Assembly (NCBI GenBank): GCA_045593225.1
Contig: JAZNWG010000428.1
Location: 1 to 40,237, forward strand
Direction: 5' to 3'
Origin: Oscillospiraceae bacterium
GTDB lineage: Bacteria > Bacillota > Clostridia > Oscillospirales > Ruminococcaceae
DNA length: 40,237 bases
Under the pieces are notes generated by a model, which did not search any database, was not told the origin of the DNA, and worked only from the letters and a program-made list of their open reading frames with translations. Every line of letters begins with the position of its first letter. Position 1 is the first letter of the stretch. The translations under genes and the position numbers were made by a program. Shown here in pieces: positions 6,944 to 16,693 of the stretch.

Positions 6944-7054
6944 GGTTCAGATATGCAAGAGGACAAAGCAGCGGACTGTAACTCCGCGCGTAAATGCTTG
7001 AGCGCGCAAGTGGCATATTACGCTTCGCAGGTTCGAATCCTGCTCTGACCACCA
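6944..7054 (+). tRNA. tRNA-Tyr(GUA) with very long variable arm
   Basis: GCGGA-CTGTAAC-TCCGC, about 39-nt variable region, bulged acceptor, CCA. Confidence 0.8.
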
Positions 7055-7138
7055 CCGCAGCCATAATGCGGCATGTGTATTCTCCTTATAACACATATGG
7101 ACTGCTGTTTCGGCATAATGCCGACGGCAGTTACACAT

Positions 7139-7212
7139 TGGGATGTCACCAAGAGGTAAGGTAACGGACTTTGACTCCGTCATCGTGGGTTCGAATCCCA
7201 CCATTCCAACCA
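7139..7212 (+). tRNA. tRNA-Gln(UUG)
   Basis: cloverleaf, loop CTTTGAC, CCA. Confidence 0.93.
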
Positions 7213-7299
7213 ATTAAACGCATATGCGAGATGCGTCACAAAAAAAAGGCAATTTGCCATCGCATACTTATTAAACAACAGCAAAGGAGATCAAGTGAC

Positions 7300-7428
7300 A
7301 TGACATTTTCCGCTAATTACAAGACAAAGTATTATACCAATCGTATCAATACTCTCGGCAAAAAGCCCCAGAACGCAAATCTGGTCAAAAAGGCTAAGCG
7401 CAATCTCAAAAGACTCATGGTTTGCTGA
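7300..7428 (+). CDS. small basic protein (42 aa)
   Basis: AAAGGAG RBS; Lys/Arg rich. Confidence 0.6.
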   Translation: MTFSANYKTKYYTNRINTLGKKPQNANLVKKAKRNLKRLMVC

Positions 7429-7446
7429 TCATATCAGGTGGTGTAA

Positions 7447-8196
7447 ATGATAAACATTAAGCTCCCCGAAAAGGGTGACATTCTGACACTTAAAAACTCG
7501 AATGGAACGGATCCTGCTGAACAGCTTACAACAAGAACAACGTTAATTAAAGTATTGACGAACAAAGGCTTCTATGACCTCGAAGAATTTGATCTGCCGG
7601 ACGTTGCTGCAGTCGCAGCAACTGCGTCAACAACAGTTGCACCTGAGCAGAAAAACAAGAAAAAACACAGTCTGAACGCAGTCTTGATGCTGATAATATT
7701 CATATTATTGGCGTTGCTGAGCGTAGCGGGTGTGTATATCATTGACAACAGCAAGAACGTGAACGGTCTGATTGCAATAATAGATACACCTATCGACGTC
7801 TCCGGCATCCCCGATGGTTATGATGAACTCACTATACCGATCACTGACCCGACTATCGATAAGCTTAACGAAAAGCTTGAAATGAATAAGATGTGCATCA
7901 ACATGAACAGCACCATCGACTTCTTATCTTGTGATTCAACTGGTTATTTTGGTATCAAAAACGATGTTCGCAATAACTATCCGCAGTTTGTCACAATTAC
8001 ATTGGACAGTAATGGTGCACAGATATATCAGACTGGTCTGATCGACGTTGGCGACTGTATTTTATACGATATGCTTGACGTCAAATTGCCAAAGGGTATG
8101 CATGCATGTACAGCAACCTTTACACAAGTAAACACGGAAACAAATACCGCCTGCGGTCAAGCATCAGCAAAGGTCACGATAACCGTAAACAGCTAA
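7447..8196 (+). CDS. membrane-anchored protein with extracellular beta domain
   Basis: KKK followed by TM segment; C-terminal beta-rich domain. Confidence 0.8.
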   Translation: MINIKLPEKGDILTLKNSNGTDPAEQLTTRTTLIKVLTNKGFYDLEEFDLPDVAAVAATASTTVAPEQKNKKKHSLNAVLMLIIFILLALLSVAGVYIIDNSKNVNGLIAIIDTPIDVSGIPDGYDELTIPITDPTIDKLNEKLEMNKMCINMNSTIDFLSCDSTGYFGIKNDVRNNYPQFVTITLDSNGAQIYQTGLIDVGDCILYDMLDVKLPKGMHACTATFTQVNTETNTACGQASAKVTITVNS

Positions 8197-8222
8197 ACAG
8201 GAAAGGAAAGGAATTGATCATC

Positions 8223-9836
8223 ATGAGAAACAAAATCATCAGCGCTTTTCTTGGTGGAGCGCTACTTGCAGTAACAGTTCTTACACCAACGATCAACGTA
8301 TCCGCAGAAACAACATTTTCATCAGCCGATGAACTCATCGAAGATGTGCTGACAACAGCAATAGCTGACATTGCATCATCAACCAAAGATGCTGCTATTG
8401 ATGCTGTTACAGCCGACATCACAATAACGAATGACGAAATATTTTACGACGGCGCATCTATCGGATATTGGTATTCAGACTCCTCTGATTGCCTTTATGC
8501 TGATTCAGCAAGAACAGAAACATTGATTGAAGGTGAAACCAACGGTTACACTGTAGATCCCGATCTGCTCACCGAGCTTCTCACCGATGTTAATGCGGGT
8601 CTCACTGAAACATACGAACCTACGACATCTGACTGGTCAAAGATCATAGGCAAATATGATATAACTTTAGGTGACATTATGATTCCCGCAGATAACTGGG
8701 CGGAACTGCCAACTGATGGTTCCGAGTATGTAAACATATCCAAACTTACAGGAGTGACGACAAATAGTCCTTATACAGGCGGTACCGCATTTAAGAAAAA
8801 CTGGGTATTTGCATTTTCTTGGTTGATTGATGAGAACGGAAGTCTATATATCTCCAGTGGTATCACAAGCGTTGGAAGTAATGGGATCAACACGGCTACA
8901 ACCATGAATAAGCTTACACATATAATTGGCAGTGATACACTTACTAGTGGTTATGTCAAGAAGGCTGATGGCTCTGGCGGAGCTTTAACGACTGTATATA
9001 ACTGGATTACTTTAGGCGCAAACATAACAACCACTTCCATAGATCCTGTGTTTACCCTTGCTACTGATCAAACACTTGCCACCGAAGTATCGATTCAAGG
9101 CAATGATGAAACTTTCACTACGCTTCGCAGCATAGACGATCCTTCCCTAACTTACTCAGGAAATATTGCAGATGCTAATAAACAGGGTGTTGCGTGGTTT
9201 GTATATGATTGGGACTACTCTAATAGCACTGATAGTGCTGCATTAGCAACTGCTCATAACAATTTCCTTACATCACAAACAGCAAACAAAACTATTGTCG
9301 GCAATTCTTTACTTTCAAAGCGTATAACTAAGATCTCCAACCTGAACGTTTCTGATGTTCTGGTCATCTCTTCAACAGGTTGGACAGTCAACGATGTAGA
9401 TATTGACGAGTTTCTCGGTACACAGGTGCTTATCACGGCAGGTAGCGCTGCTGATATGAGTGTAGCTGTTGAAGTGGAGAGCAAAAACTTCCAGGTTGTG
9501 CTTCCCACAACACTTCCTGTATATGTGGCCTTAGATGGCACAGTTTCCACAGCAACTAATGCAGCCATCGTGAACGAAAGTAACGCTGCAGTTGAAATAA
9601 CTGAGATCGCAATAAATGCTGCGCCGGCAGGCGGGTGGACACTTGTTGATACAATACCATCCACTGATGAAGGAGCAACTGAGTTCTCGTTCTCGACATC
9701 TTTGAATGTCGGGGATAGAATGGATGTGGACGAAACACTTCCTTTTACCTATGACGCGGCTTTTTCACCGACTATTTTCGAAGTCGAAGAACTTGACGCA
9801 GCGACTGTATCAGTCACACTCGACTGGGCAGCATAA
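8223..9836 (+). CDS. secreted/cell-surface protein
   Basis: signal peptide MRNKIISAFLGGALLAV..VSA; Thr/Ser/Asp rich; RBS before 8223. Confidence 0.85.
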   Translation: MRNKIISAFLGGALLAVTVLTPTINVSAETTFSSADELIEDVLTTAIADIASSTKDAAIDAVTADITITNDEIFYDGASIGYWYSDSSDCLYADSARTETLIEGETNGYTVDPDLLTELLTDVNAGLTETYEPTTSDWSKIIGKYDITLGDIMIPADNWAELPTDGSEYVNISKLTGVTTNSPYTGGTAFKKNWVFAFSWLIDENGSLYISSGITSVGSNGINTATTMNKLTHIIGSDTLTSGYVKKADGSGGALTTVYNWITLGANITTTSIDPVFTLATDQTLATEVSIQGNDETFTTLRSIDDPSLTYSGNIADANKQGVAWFVYDWDYSNSTDSAALATAHNNFLTSQTANKTIVGNSLLSKRITKISNLNVSDVLVISSTGWTVNDVDIDEFLGTQVLITAGSAADMSVAVEVESKNFQVVLPTTLPVYVALDGTVSTATNAAIVNESNAAVEITEIAINAAPAGGWTLVDTIPSTDEGATEFSFSTSLNVGDRMDVDETLPFTYDAAFSPTIFEVEELDAATVSVTLDWAA

Positions 9837-9873
9837 AACAAACAATGCGGCATTACAATAATGCCGCTCACAT

Positions 9874-9948
9874 GGCTCGTTAGTCAAGCGGTTAAGACAC
9901 CTCTCTTTCACGGAGGTAGCGAGGGTTCGACTCCCTCACGAGTCACCA
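9874..9948 (+). tRNA. tRNA-Glu(UUC)
   Basis: cloverleaf, loop CTTTCAC, CCA. Confidence 0.95.
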
Positions 9949-9992
9949 TCTGTACTATTATAATAAATGACCCAAACGGAAGGAAATACATT

Positions 9993-10769
9993 TTGGAATA
10001 CAATGACAGACTGGAATTATTTAATAGTTGCATAAATTTGGCCATGAGTGTAGCTATAAAACATTGGTCATACCAATATGTTGAACAGGAAGATATGCAA
10101 CAAGAAGCGCTATTGGCACTATGGCGAGCAACTGAGCGTTATGATGAAAACAAAGGCGCTTTTACAACATATGCAACACATTACATACGTTGTTCATTGA
10201 ACACTGTTGGCAATAAATATCGTTATGGTCACATAGGCGTCACAGAGCCATTCAAGCAGGCATTGCACATAATCAAAGAATGCGATGAAAACGATCGACC
10301 TATCGAAGCAATACTTGCTGAACACGAACATACACCGGCTGTAAAAGACTATGTGAAATTTTTATATCATAACAATCACCATTTTGACAGTCTCAACAGA
10401 TGTCTCAATGACGATACAGATGTTACACTGTGCGATACGATAGCGTCTGCTGAAGATATCGAACACACAGTATTATCTGCACTCAACTACAAAACCTTAT
10501 TGGAGCTGGTATTGACTGATTTTCGTCAGCAATATGAGAGCAAAATGAAAGGTGTGCGCGATCGCAACAGACAAGATCATCTTTTTGATTGTTTCGTCAG
10601 ACAATTGTTCGAATCACGAACAAACGCATCTATTGCCGATGAAGTAGGTGTATCAAGAGAAGCCGTCCGCACACAATTTAATCGCTGGTATAAACAGCTT
10701 CGAGAATTGATAACAACCAAATACCTTGCGCCAAAAACCAAAACATCGTGGTCATACAACGAAGAATGA
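9993..10769 (+). CDS. sigma-70 family RNA polymerase sigma factor
   Basis: region 2 EDMQQEALLALWRATERYDENKGAFTTYA; region 4 HTH SIADEVGVSREAVR; TTG start after GGAAGGA. Confidence 0.88.
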   Translation: MEYNDRLELFNSCINLAMSVAIKHWSYQYVEQEDMQQEALLALWRATERYDENKGAFTTYATHYIRCSLNTVGNKYRYGHIGVTEPFKQALHIIKECDENDRPIEAILAEHEHTPAVKDYVKFLYHNNHHFDSLNRCLNDDTDVTLCDTIASAEDIEHTVLSALNYKTLLELVLTDFRQQYESKMKGVRDRNRQDHLFDCFVRQLFESRTNASIADEVGVSREAVRTQFNRWYKQLRELITTKYLAPKTKTSWSYNEE

Positions 10770-10782
10770 CAAAAAAACATAC

Positions 10783-10869
10783 GCCGTTGTGATGGAATTG
10801 GCAGACATAGCGGATTTAAGTTCCGTCGCTCATTCGAGCATAGGGGTTCGAGTCCCCTCAGCGGTACCA
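10783..10869 (+). tRNA. tRNA-Leu(UAA)
   Basis: type II cloverleaf, loop TTTAAGT, CCA. Confidence 0.92.
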
Positions 10870-10938
10870 GACGGTATATTCCCATGCCGTCATGTCCAAA
10901 TCATTGTCACAGTACAGCCCTTTCGGGCTGTACGAACT

Positions 10939-11013
10939 GCAAATATCGTCTAGTGGTTAAGATATCGGCTTCCCAAGCCGAGGACGCGGGTTCGACTCCC
11001 GTTATTTGCTCCA
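10939..11013 (+). tRNA. tRNA-Gly(CCC)
   Basis: cloverleaf, loop TTCCCAA, U73-CCA. Confidence 0.93.
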
Positions 11014-11040
11014 AAATTATTTTAAAAGGAGGATATCATC

Positions 11041-11235
11041 ATGTGTTACTATGACGATGATTACAGTTGTTACAGTAATAAAAAGCTGACTGAACGCATC
11101 AAGGAACTTGAATATCGTCTTGCCAACACTGCATCCATGGGTGCAGCCGATCGATATCAGATTGAGTTATCCGGTCTTTACGAAGAACAGCAAAGACGTG
11201 ATAGATGTGCAAAAACAAAAAATGAAACGATTTAA
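11041..11235 (+). CDS. small coiled-coil hypothetical protein
   Basis: AAAGGAGG RBS. Confidence 0.7.
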   Translation: MCYYDDDYSCYSNKKLTERIKELEYRLANTASMGAADRYQIELSGLYEEQQRRDRCAKTKNETI

Positions 11236-11505
11236 ACGGCGGTTGCCCGCCGTCGAGTAAAAGCTAGGTAAGATATAAAGTACCATATCAGCTGTGGCAT
11301 ATATGCGAATGTCACGGAAAAATGTGTTTATTGAGCGCATAATCAATAAATCAGTGTAAATTTATAGCCTTTATTACACAACATTATGCAAACACGGGGT
11401 TGACCAAGGCATATGACGACATTATTACGATTTGTACGTCTGGGCACTGAGCGTCGTAAAATAACTGCGAGATGCGTAGTCTCACAGAAGTTCCCTCTCT
11501 TATAT

Positions 11506-11582
11506 GGCGGAGTAGAGAAGTGGTCTATCTCACCAGCCTCATAAGCTGGAAACCGCAGGTTCGAATCCTGCCTTCGCAACCA
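11506..11582 (+). tRNA. tRNA-Met(CAU), initiator-like
   Basis: 1:72 mismatch, loop CTCATAA, CCA. Confidence 0.88.
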
Positions 11583-11585
11583 TAC

Positions 11586-11655
11586 GTTGGAAATAGCACA
11601 TTTGGTTAAGTGCGATATCGGTCAATGTGGATTCAACTCCCACTTTCCATCACCA
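11586..11655 (+). ncRNA. anticodon-less tRNA-like RNA (copy 1)
   Basis: acceptor, GCAC/GTGC D arm, 13-nt linker GATATCGGTCAAT, T arm, ACCA. Confidence 0.65.
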
Positions 11656-11878
11656 ACTGCACAGACTTGCTGTGCCATATCTAGTATCACCGTAGTGACT
11701 CTGTCTTTTGTGACACCGTCTGTCAGGAGCTAGAGAAATTAACAAGCGACGGAGTGTAAAGGCGAAAACTGGGCGATGGTGTAGTGTAGCACATGCGACG
11801 AAAGTCAGTCGCTTAATGTTTGTATTTAAGCGACCATGCAAAGGGAAATACAGTTCCTCCGTTTGATATTTTCTTTTT

Positions 11879-11965
11879 GGATGAGTAAGCCTAGCGGTGA
11901 GGGCAGCGGACTGTAAATCCGTGACGTCAGATACAACGTTGGTTCAAATCCAACCTCATCCACCA
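11879..11965 (+). tRNA. tRNA-Tyr(GUA)
   Basis: type II cloverleaf, loop CTGTAAA, CCA. Confidence 0.93.
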
Positions 11966-11967
11966 AC

Positions 11968-12054
11968 GACGCAAAGTGTCATACCTGCTAGACGGGGTAA
12001 GCGGTTATACCGCTTATAGCTCGCCTGCCACGTGTAGGTAGAGAAACTTGCGTC
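11968..12054 (+). ncRNA. long irregular hairpin RNA
   Basis: GACGCAA/TTGCGTC, TACCTGC/GTAGGTA, TAAGCGG/CCGCTTA nested helices. Confidence 0.5.
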
Positions 12055-12084
12055 CTTATACCCAAATATAGGGGCGCATGCTAC

Positions 12085-12160
12085 GGGTAAGTAGCTCAAC
12101 CGGTAGAGCATTGGACTGAAAATCCAAGTGTAGCAGGTCCGACTCCTGCCTTACCCACCA
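12085..12160 (+). tRNA. tRNA-Phe(GAA)
   Basis: cloverleaf, loop CTGAAAA; T-loop TCCGACT variant. Confidence 0.9.
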
Positions 12161-12255
12161 ACAACATGCTATCGGAACTTGTTGTACACAAGCCAACTCC
12201 GCAAATTTTCGCTGTCTGATATCGCAGCCATTCGGTAGTCTCTGTTGTTCCATAT

Positions 12256-12331
12256 TCCCTCATAGCTCAGCTGGTAGAGCACTCGGCTGTTAACCGAGTT
12301 GTCGCAGGTTCAAGTCCTGCTGGGGGAGCCA
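12256..12331 (+). tRNA. tRNA-Asn(GUU)
   Basis: cloverleaf, loop CTGTTAA, GCCA. Confidence 0.95.
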
Positions 12332-12481
12332 ACTGGCGTAGGACCAAATAATACGCGTTAGGGTTAGCGTATTTATTAAAGGCAATGTTTCGCTAATAGT
12401 AACCGCTGTTCGCACTCGGAGCAAAGTCACCGCCAGAGAATAGTGACGTAACGTGTCGTCTGGGTCCTGATGACACAATAT

Positions 12482-12556
12482 GCAAGTGTAGCACAACGGC
12501 TAGTGCACCAGTCTTCCACACTGGGGACGAGGGTTCGACACCCTTCACTTGCTCCA
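12482..12556 (+). tRNA. tRNA-Gly(UCC)
   Basis: cloverleaf, loop CTTCCAC, U73-CCA. Confidence 0.92.
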
Positions 12557-12707
12557 TGCGGCTATGGCCGCATTAAAAACCTAGGTCGAGGGATACAGAT
12601 AACCTCGCAACAAAGCATGTTTAGGACCGAATGTAACCAATCTGTAGGGGGCTATTAGGTGATATTATGAATATGCGGATAGTTTAAAGGTAGCTATCCA
12701 TGATCAC

Positions 12708-12782
12708 GGCCTGTTAGTCAAGCGGTTAAGACACCTCTCTTTCACGGAGGTAGCGGGGGTTCAACTCCCCCACGGGTCACCA
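12708..12782 (+). tRNA. tRNA-Glu(UUC)
   Basis: cloverleaf, loop CTTTCAC, CCA. Confidence 0.95.
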
Positions 12783-12815
12783 TATTACTATGGCTAAACA
12801 AGGAAAGGACTAAAC

Positions 12816-14651
12816 GTGAAAATGACATTAAGAGTAAGACTCATGAGCCTTTGTATGATAGCGGTAGCAGGGACGAGTGCTCTGCTTATGACATCAGCAG
12901 CTATAACAGCGTATAATGTGACCTATACGAACAACGTCCATTTAGGCGAAAAACTGGCAGAAAACAGCGCAGCGTCAATATATGACGAAATGAGTTACCT
13001 TGAAGAATGTTTGGCAGAAGCCGAGATATCTGAAAACGGTGATTCAACATTCGATCGTGTGAGCTACTGGTCAAGTGCTGATTATGCGGTGGAAAATGGT
13101 GATAGCATTATCACGGGCTTAGCGGACGGTGATTTTGTACTTTTGCCCATTGCCGAAAATGACGGCACACCGGTAAACCTTGCCGCGTACAAATCGAACG
13201 GAAAGATACTTGTTGGTGAGTTAGCCAATGACTATCTGGGAGCATATTTTGACGGTGTTTCAGATACTGAGTTTGCATTTATAACAAACGCAGACGGCGA
13301 TGTTGTCGTAGCATCAGACAAAGATTATCTGAAATCAGGAACAAATATCAGAGATCTTGAGCTTACACAAGTAATGGATCGTTTGGATACCGGCGAAAGC
13401 GGCTGTTATACAGGCGCATCACCCGTATTGAATGGGCGAAAGGCACTGATAAACTACGCAAAAGTAGGCGACAGTGATTATTGCATTGTATATGGTGCAG
13501 ACTATGACCAACTGTTCAGCGCTTATTACAATATGCTGATCATTCTTTCTTGCATCCTTATTACCGGTATAGTCGCAGCTGCAACTGCCACTATGTTCAT
13601 ATCCAAAGGTATTCTCACTCCTGTCGTAAAAGCCACCGACAGACTGACAAGACTTTCTGATGGCGATCTCACCAGCATTTGCGAACAGAATAATCGCAAC
13701 GATGAAACACAGGTGCTTGCCGAATCCTTGCAGAAAACAGTATCTGCGTTGGCTACATATATCAAAGATATAGATATCGTGCTTTCAGCGATCAGCAACG
13801 GCAATTTGACTGTAAATAGTTCTGTAAATTATAACGGCGATTTTACAGGCATTCGCAAATCTTTGGACAACATAACGACGCAGATGCGCGAAACAATGTC
13901 TGCCATGACGCTGGTTGGTGAAAAAGTATTGGCAAGCTCTGATAACCTCTCTGTCAACGCACAGCAGCTGGCAGAGAATACTACAAAAGAAGCAGCTACT
14001 ATCGAAGAGATCAACGCAATGGTGTCGAACATTGAAGCTGATAACATCAGAAATGCCGAACTTACTGAAAACGCTGTAAAGCTGTTAGCAGATGTAATGC
14101 AAAACATTGACGAAGGCGGCAAAAACGTCAAAGATATGACTGTTGCCATGAGCAACATCAAAGACACTTCAGACGGAATACAGAAGGTGATCAGATTGAT
14201 CGAGGACATCGCTGTTCAAACCAATCTGCTCGCTTTAAATGCAAGTATAGAAGCAGCAAGAGCCGGTGCAGCAGGTAAGGGCTTCGCAGTGGTTGCCGAT
14301 GAAGTAAGAAATCTTGCTTCTAAATCAGCAGAAGCTGTTTCCGACACAATGAAGCTGATCGAGTGCAGTGATAGTGCTGTTGAAATGGGCGCAACCATTG
14401 CAACAAATACACAAACGTCATTTGAAACAATAACAGACGCAACAAAGCAATTTGAACAGCTTATACGCAATATCTCTACAGCATCTGAGGAACAGAAGAA
14501 AGCTATGCGTGAAATAGCTTCAGGTCTGGAAAATGTCACAATGACAATACAATCAAATGCTGCCTCTGCAGAAGAAAGTGCGGCTGCGAGCCTTGAGCTT
14601 AAAACACAAGCAGACATTCTTAATAAACAGGTTTCAATGTTTAAAATATAA
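12816..14651 (+). CDS. methyl-accepting chemotaxis protein (TM-sensor-TM-HAMP-MA)
   Basis: [37 protein letters not shown] signalling hairpin; two TMs. Confidence 0.97.
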   Translation: MKMTLRVRLMSLCMIAVAGTSALLMTSAAITAYNVTYTNNVHLGEKLAENSAASIYDEMSYLEECLAEAEISENGDSTFDRVSYWSSADYAVENGDSIITGLADGDFVLLPIAENDGTPVNLAAYKSNGKILVGELANDYLGAYFDGVSDTEFAFITNADGDVVVASDKDYLKSGTNIRDLELTQVMDRLDTGESGCYTGASPVLNGRKALINYAKVGDSDYCIVYGADYDQLFSAYYNMLIILSCILITGIVAAATATMFISKGILTPVVKATDRLTRLSDGDLTSICEQNNRNDETQVLAESLQKTVSALATYIKDIDIVLSAISNGNLTVNSSVNYNGDFTGIRKSLDNITTQMRETMSAMTLVGEKVLASSDNLSVNAQQLAENTTKEAATIEEINAMVSNIEADNIRNAELTENAVKLLADVMQNIDEGGKNVKDMTVAMSNIKDTSDGIQKVIRLIEDIAVQTNLLALNASIEAARAGAAGKGFAVVADEVRNLASKSAEAVSDTMKLIECSDSAVEMGATIATNTQTSFETITDATKQFEQLIRNISTASEEQKKAMREIASGLENVTMTIQSNAASAEESAAASLELKTQADILNKQVSMFKI

Positions 14652-14681
14652 AATTGCGGTATAGCGAAAGGAGTATCAAAC

Positions 14682-15563
14682 ATGGGAGATATTTTACTGG
14701 AAACAGGCACTAACGAGCTGGAGCTGCTCGTTTTCACAGTAGGTACACAGAAATTTGGCGTAAACATTGCCAAAGTAACGGAGATCATGCGATATCAGAA
14801 GATAACGCAGATACCCGGTTGTGAGCCAGAACTCGAAGGCATCTTTACGCCCAGAGAAAACGCAATAAGTGTAGTCAACTTACATACTGTATTAAAGCGC
14901 GAAATGCCTGACAATACGGAAGGTCTGCTCCTTATTTGTCATTTCAACAGACTTGACATTGCGTTCCACGTAACCTCCGTACAGGGTATCCAGCGCATTT
15001 CTTGGGAATCGATCGATAAATCGCCTGAAATTGCAAACAGCGGAACATCGACGTTGACCACAGGTATCGTTAAGATCAATGAAGACATTATTCTTGTTCT
15101 TGATTTCGAAAAAATCGTATCCACGTTGAATTCGTCTGCCATATTGGATACTGACGGTATCGAACCGACAACCGATGCAACAGCTGCAGAGCGACATATC
15201 GTCATTGCGGAAGACTCCGCGTTCCTCAACACGATGATCGTAAAATCTTTGAGTACAGCCGGATACACTAAGGTATCACATTTTGAAAACGGCAGAGACG
15301 CTTGGGATTTCATTTCCAACTTGCCCAATGCTGCAGATACTATCGCATGTGTTATTTCAGATATCGAAATGCCCAAGATGGATGGACACAATCTGTGTAA
15401 GAGAATAAAGTCCGACGATAAACTGAAGAGCATTCCTGTATATCTGTTCTCTTCACTGATAAATGAACAGATGATCATAAAAGGCGAAAGCGTAGGTGCA
15501 GATGCTCAGTTCTCAAAACCGCAGATAAACGAGCTTATCGAGTTTATGAAAAAACACATCTGA
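14682..15563 (+). CDS. cheV: chemotaxis protein CheV (CheW-REC)
   Basis: ILLETGTNELELL..FGVNIAKVTEI; receiver IAEDS..SDIEMPKMDG..FSS..KP. Confidence 0.95.
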   Translation: MGDILLETGTNELELLVFTVGTQKFGVNIAKVTEIMRYQKITQIPGCEPELEGIFTPRENAISVVNLHTVLKREMPDNTEGLLLICHFNRLDIAFHVTSVQGIQRISWESIDKSPEIANSGTSTLTTGIVKINEDIILVLDFEKIVSTLNSSAILDTDGIEPTTDATAAERHIVIAEDSAFLNTMIVKSLSTAGYTKVSHFENGRDAWDFISNLPNAADTIACVISDIEMPKMDGHNLCKRIKSDDKLKSIPVYLFSSLINEQMIIKGESVGADAQFSKPQINELIEFMKKHI

Positions 15564-15635
15564 TCGTGTTACAGTTGCAACAATGATTGTTGAGGCTGTG
15601 ACCTTAACACTGGCGTCTAACGACGTCAGTATTAT

Positions 15636-15712
15636 GGCCCGTTAGTCAAACGGTTAAGACGTCGGCTTTTCACGCCGAAATCGGCTGGGTTCAACTCCCC
15701 CACGGGTCACCA
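15636..15712 (+). tRNA. tRNA-Glu(UUC), probably chimeric with mispaired T stem
   Basis: loop TTTTCAC; last 26 nt identical to tRNA-Glu 12708. Confidence 0.75.
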
Positions 15713-15809
15713 GACTCTGAACCAACAGAGTCTTTCCAAAACTATCCATCGAATGCTGCTTTTTTAAGATTCCCGGTCTTAAGACTTCCCGAAAGCAGCA
15801 TTCGCCCTT

Positions 15810-15886
15810 GGCGCAGTAGACGAATTGGTTAAGTCGCCACCCTCTCAAGGTGGAGAGTGCGGGTTCAAGCCCCGCCTGCGTCGCCA
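15810..15886 (+). tRNA. tRNA-Glu(CUC)
   Basis: cloverleaf, loop CTCTCAA, GCCA. Confidence 0.9.
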
Positions 15887-15908
15887 TAATCATAACAAAG
15901 AGGTGAGT

Positions 15909-16121
15909 ATGATGCTTTTACGCTATAGAACACCTACACAAAAAATCCAAATGATGCCTGTTGATGATTACAACATCGATGGACTCAACTTAACTGTCAC
16001 ATCAGGCACAACTGATCTGACATTTGTTTTCAAAGACATGCTTGATCTTGGTGTAGCTGTCTGTCAAATGAAATTTGACGGTTTCGCTGACATCACAAAC
16101 ATAACATACGAACAATTATAA
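15909..16121 (+). CDS. hypothetical protein
   Basis: AAAGAGGTGA RBS before ATG 15909. Confidence 0.7.
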   Translation: MMLLRYRTPTQKIQMMPVDDYNIDGLNLTVTSGTTDLTFVFKDMLDLGVAVCQMKFDGFADITNITYEQL

Positions 16122-16147
16122 ATAAACATAAGGAGACAGCCAACCAA

Positions 16148-16438
16148 ATGGGAAGTATTGTTAGCATCAATCACAATCCACACACATGGCCTGTGCATGA
16201 CAAAGGTTTAAAAACCACATCAGCTTATGGAAACAAACCTATTTTACAAGTTGAATACGGAACTATTGACGATCACCCTTATGGTACGCAGCCTTTGACA
16301 ATGTACATGCATAAACAGATATACGATAATTTGTTGTCTGGTCGATATAGCATTGACAATCAAGCATACACCGAGCTTGTAATACTCGATGAATCTGATA
16401 AATCCATAAAGCCTTTAGAAAAAGACTTTCTATACTGA
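16148..16438 (+). CDS. hypothetical protein
   Basis: AAGGAG RBS. Confidence 0.75.
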   Translation: MGSIVSINHNPHTWPVHDKGLKTTSAYGNKPILQVEYGTIDDHPYGTQPLTMYMHKQIYDNLLSGRYSIDNQAYTELVILDESDKSIKPLEKDFLY

Positions 16439-16458
16439 TTTATCGTTTTATACCAACA

Positions 16459-16660
16459 GTCAGACACGCATATGCTGACAGCGAGTACGCGCAACCCGTC
16501 TGACGATGCATCAAAAGACTCAAACCCTGTCTTTATACGGGCGAGGAGAAAACGACAGTGTGAGAATGATACGCTCACAATCCCTGCCGCGATTATCGTC
16601 TCCCTAATTCATGGTCATTCGCTGCCTGCAGGGGTTGCAAGTATCAGCAGCCCTTGTAGG
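16459..16660 (+). ncRNA. candidate structured RNA with alternative folds
   Basis: GTCAGAC/GTCTGAC stem whose loop complements a 3' 14-bp hairpin. Confidence 0.5.
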
Positions 16661-16693
16661 AATCAAGAAATGATTAACAATGGAGAAAATTAC

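Noticed and set aside
5057-7213. ORF-track ORFs overlapping tRNAs and structured spacers (also 11343-12658, 17185-18267, 21705-22683)
   Set aside because: No RBS or protein-like features; explained by RNA genes
9861-9992. N-terminal extensions of ORFs at 9861, 15825, 16472 and 7171
   Set aside because: They run through tRNAs or ncRNA; downstream RBS-linked starts were chosen
11968-12054. SRP or 6S RNA
   Set aside because: Lacks the SRP helix-8 motif and is too short for 6S
12405-12413. 23S A-loop (H92) mimic GCTGTTCGC
   Set aside because: Only 9 nt with a 2-bp stem, and GTTCG is common in T-loop-like sequence
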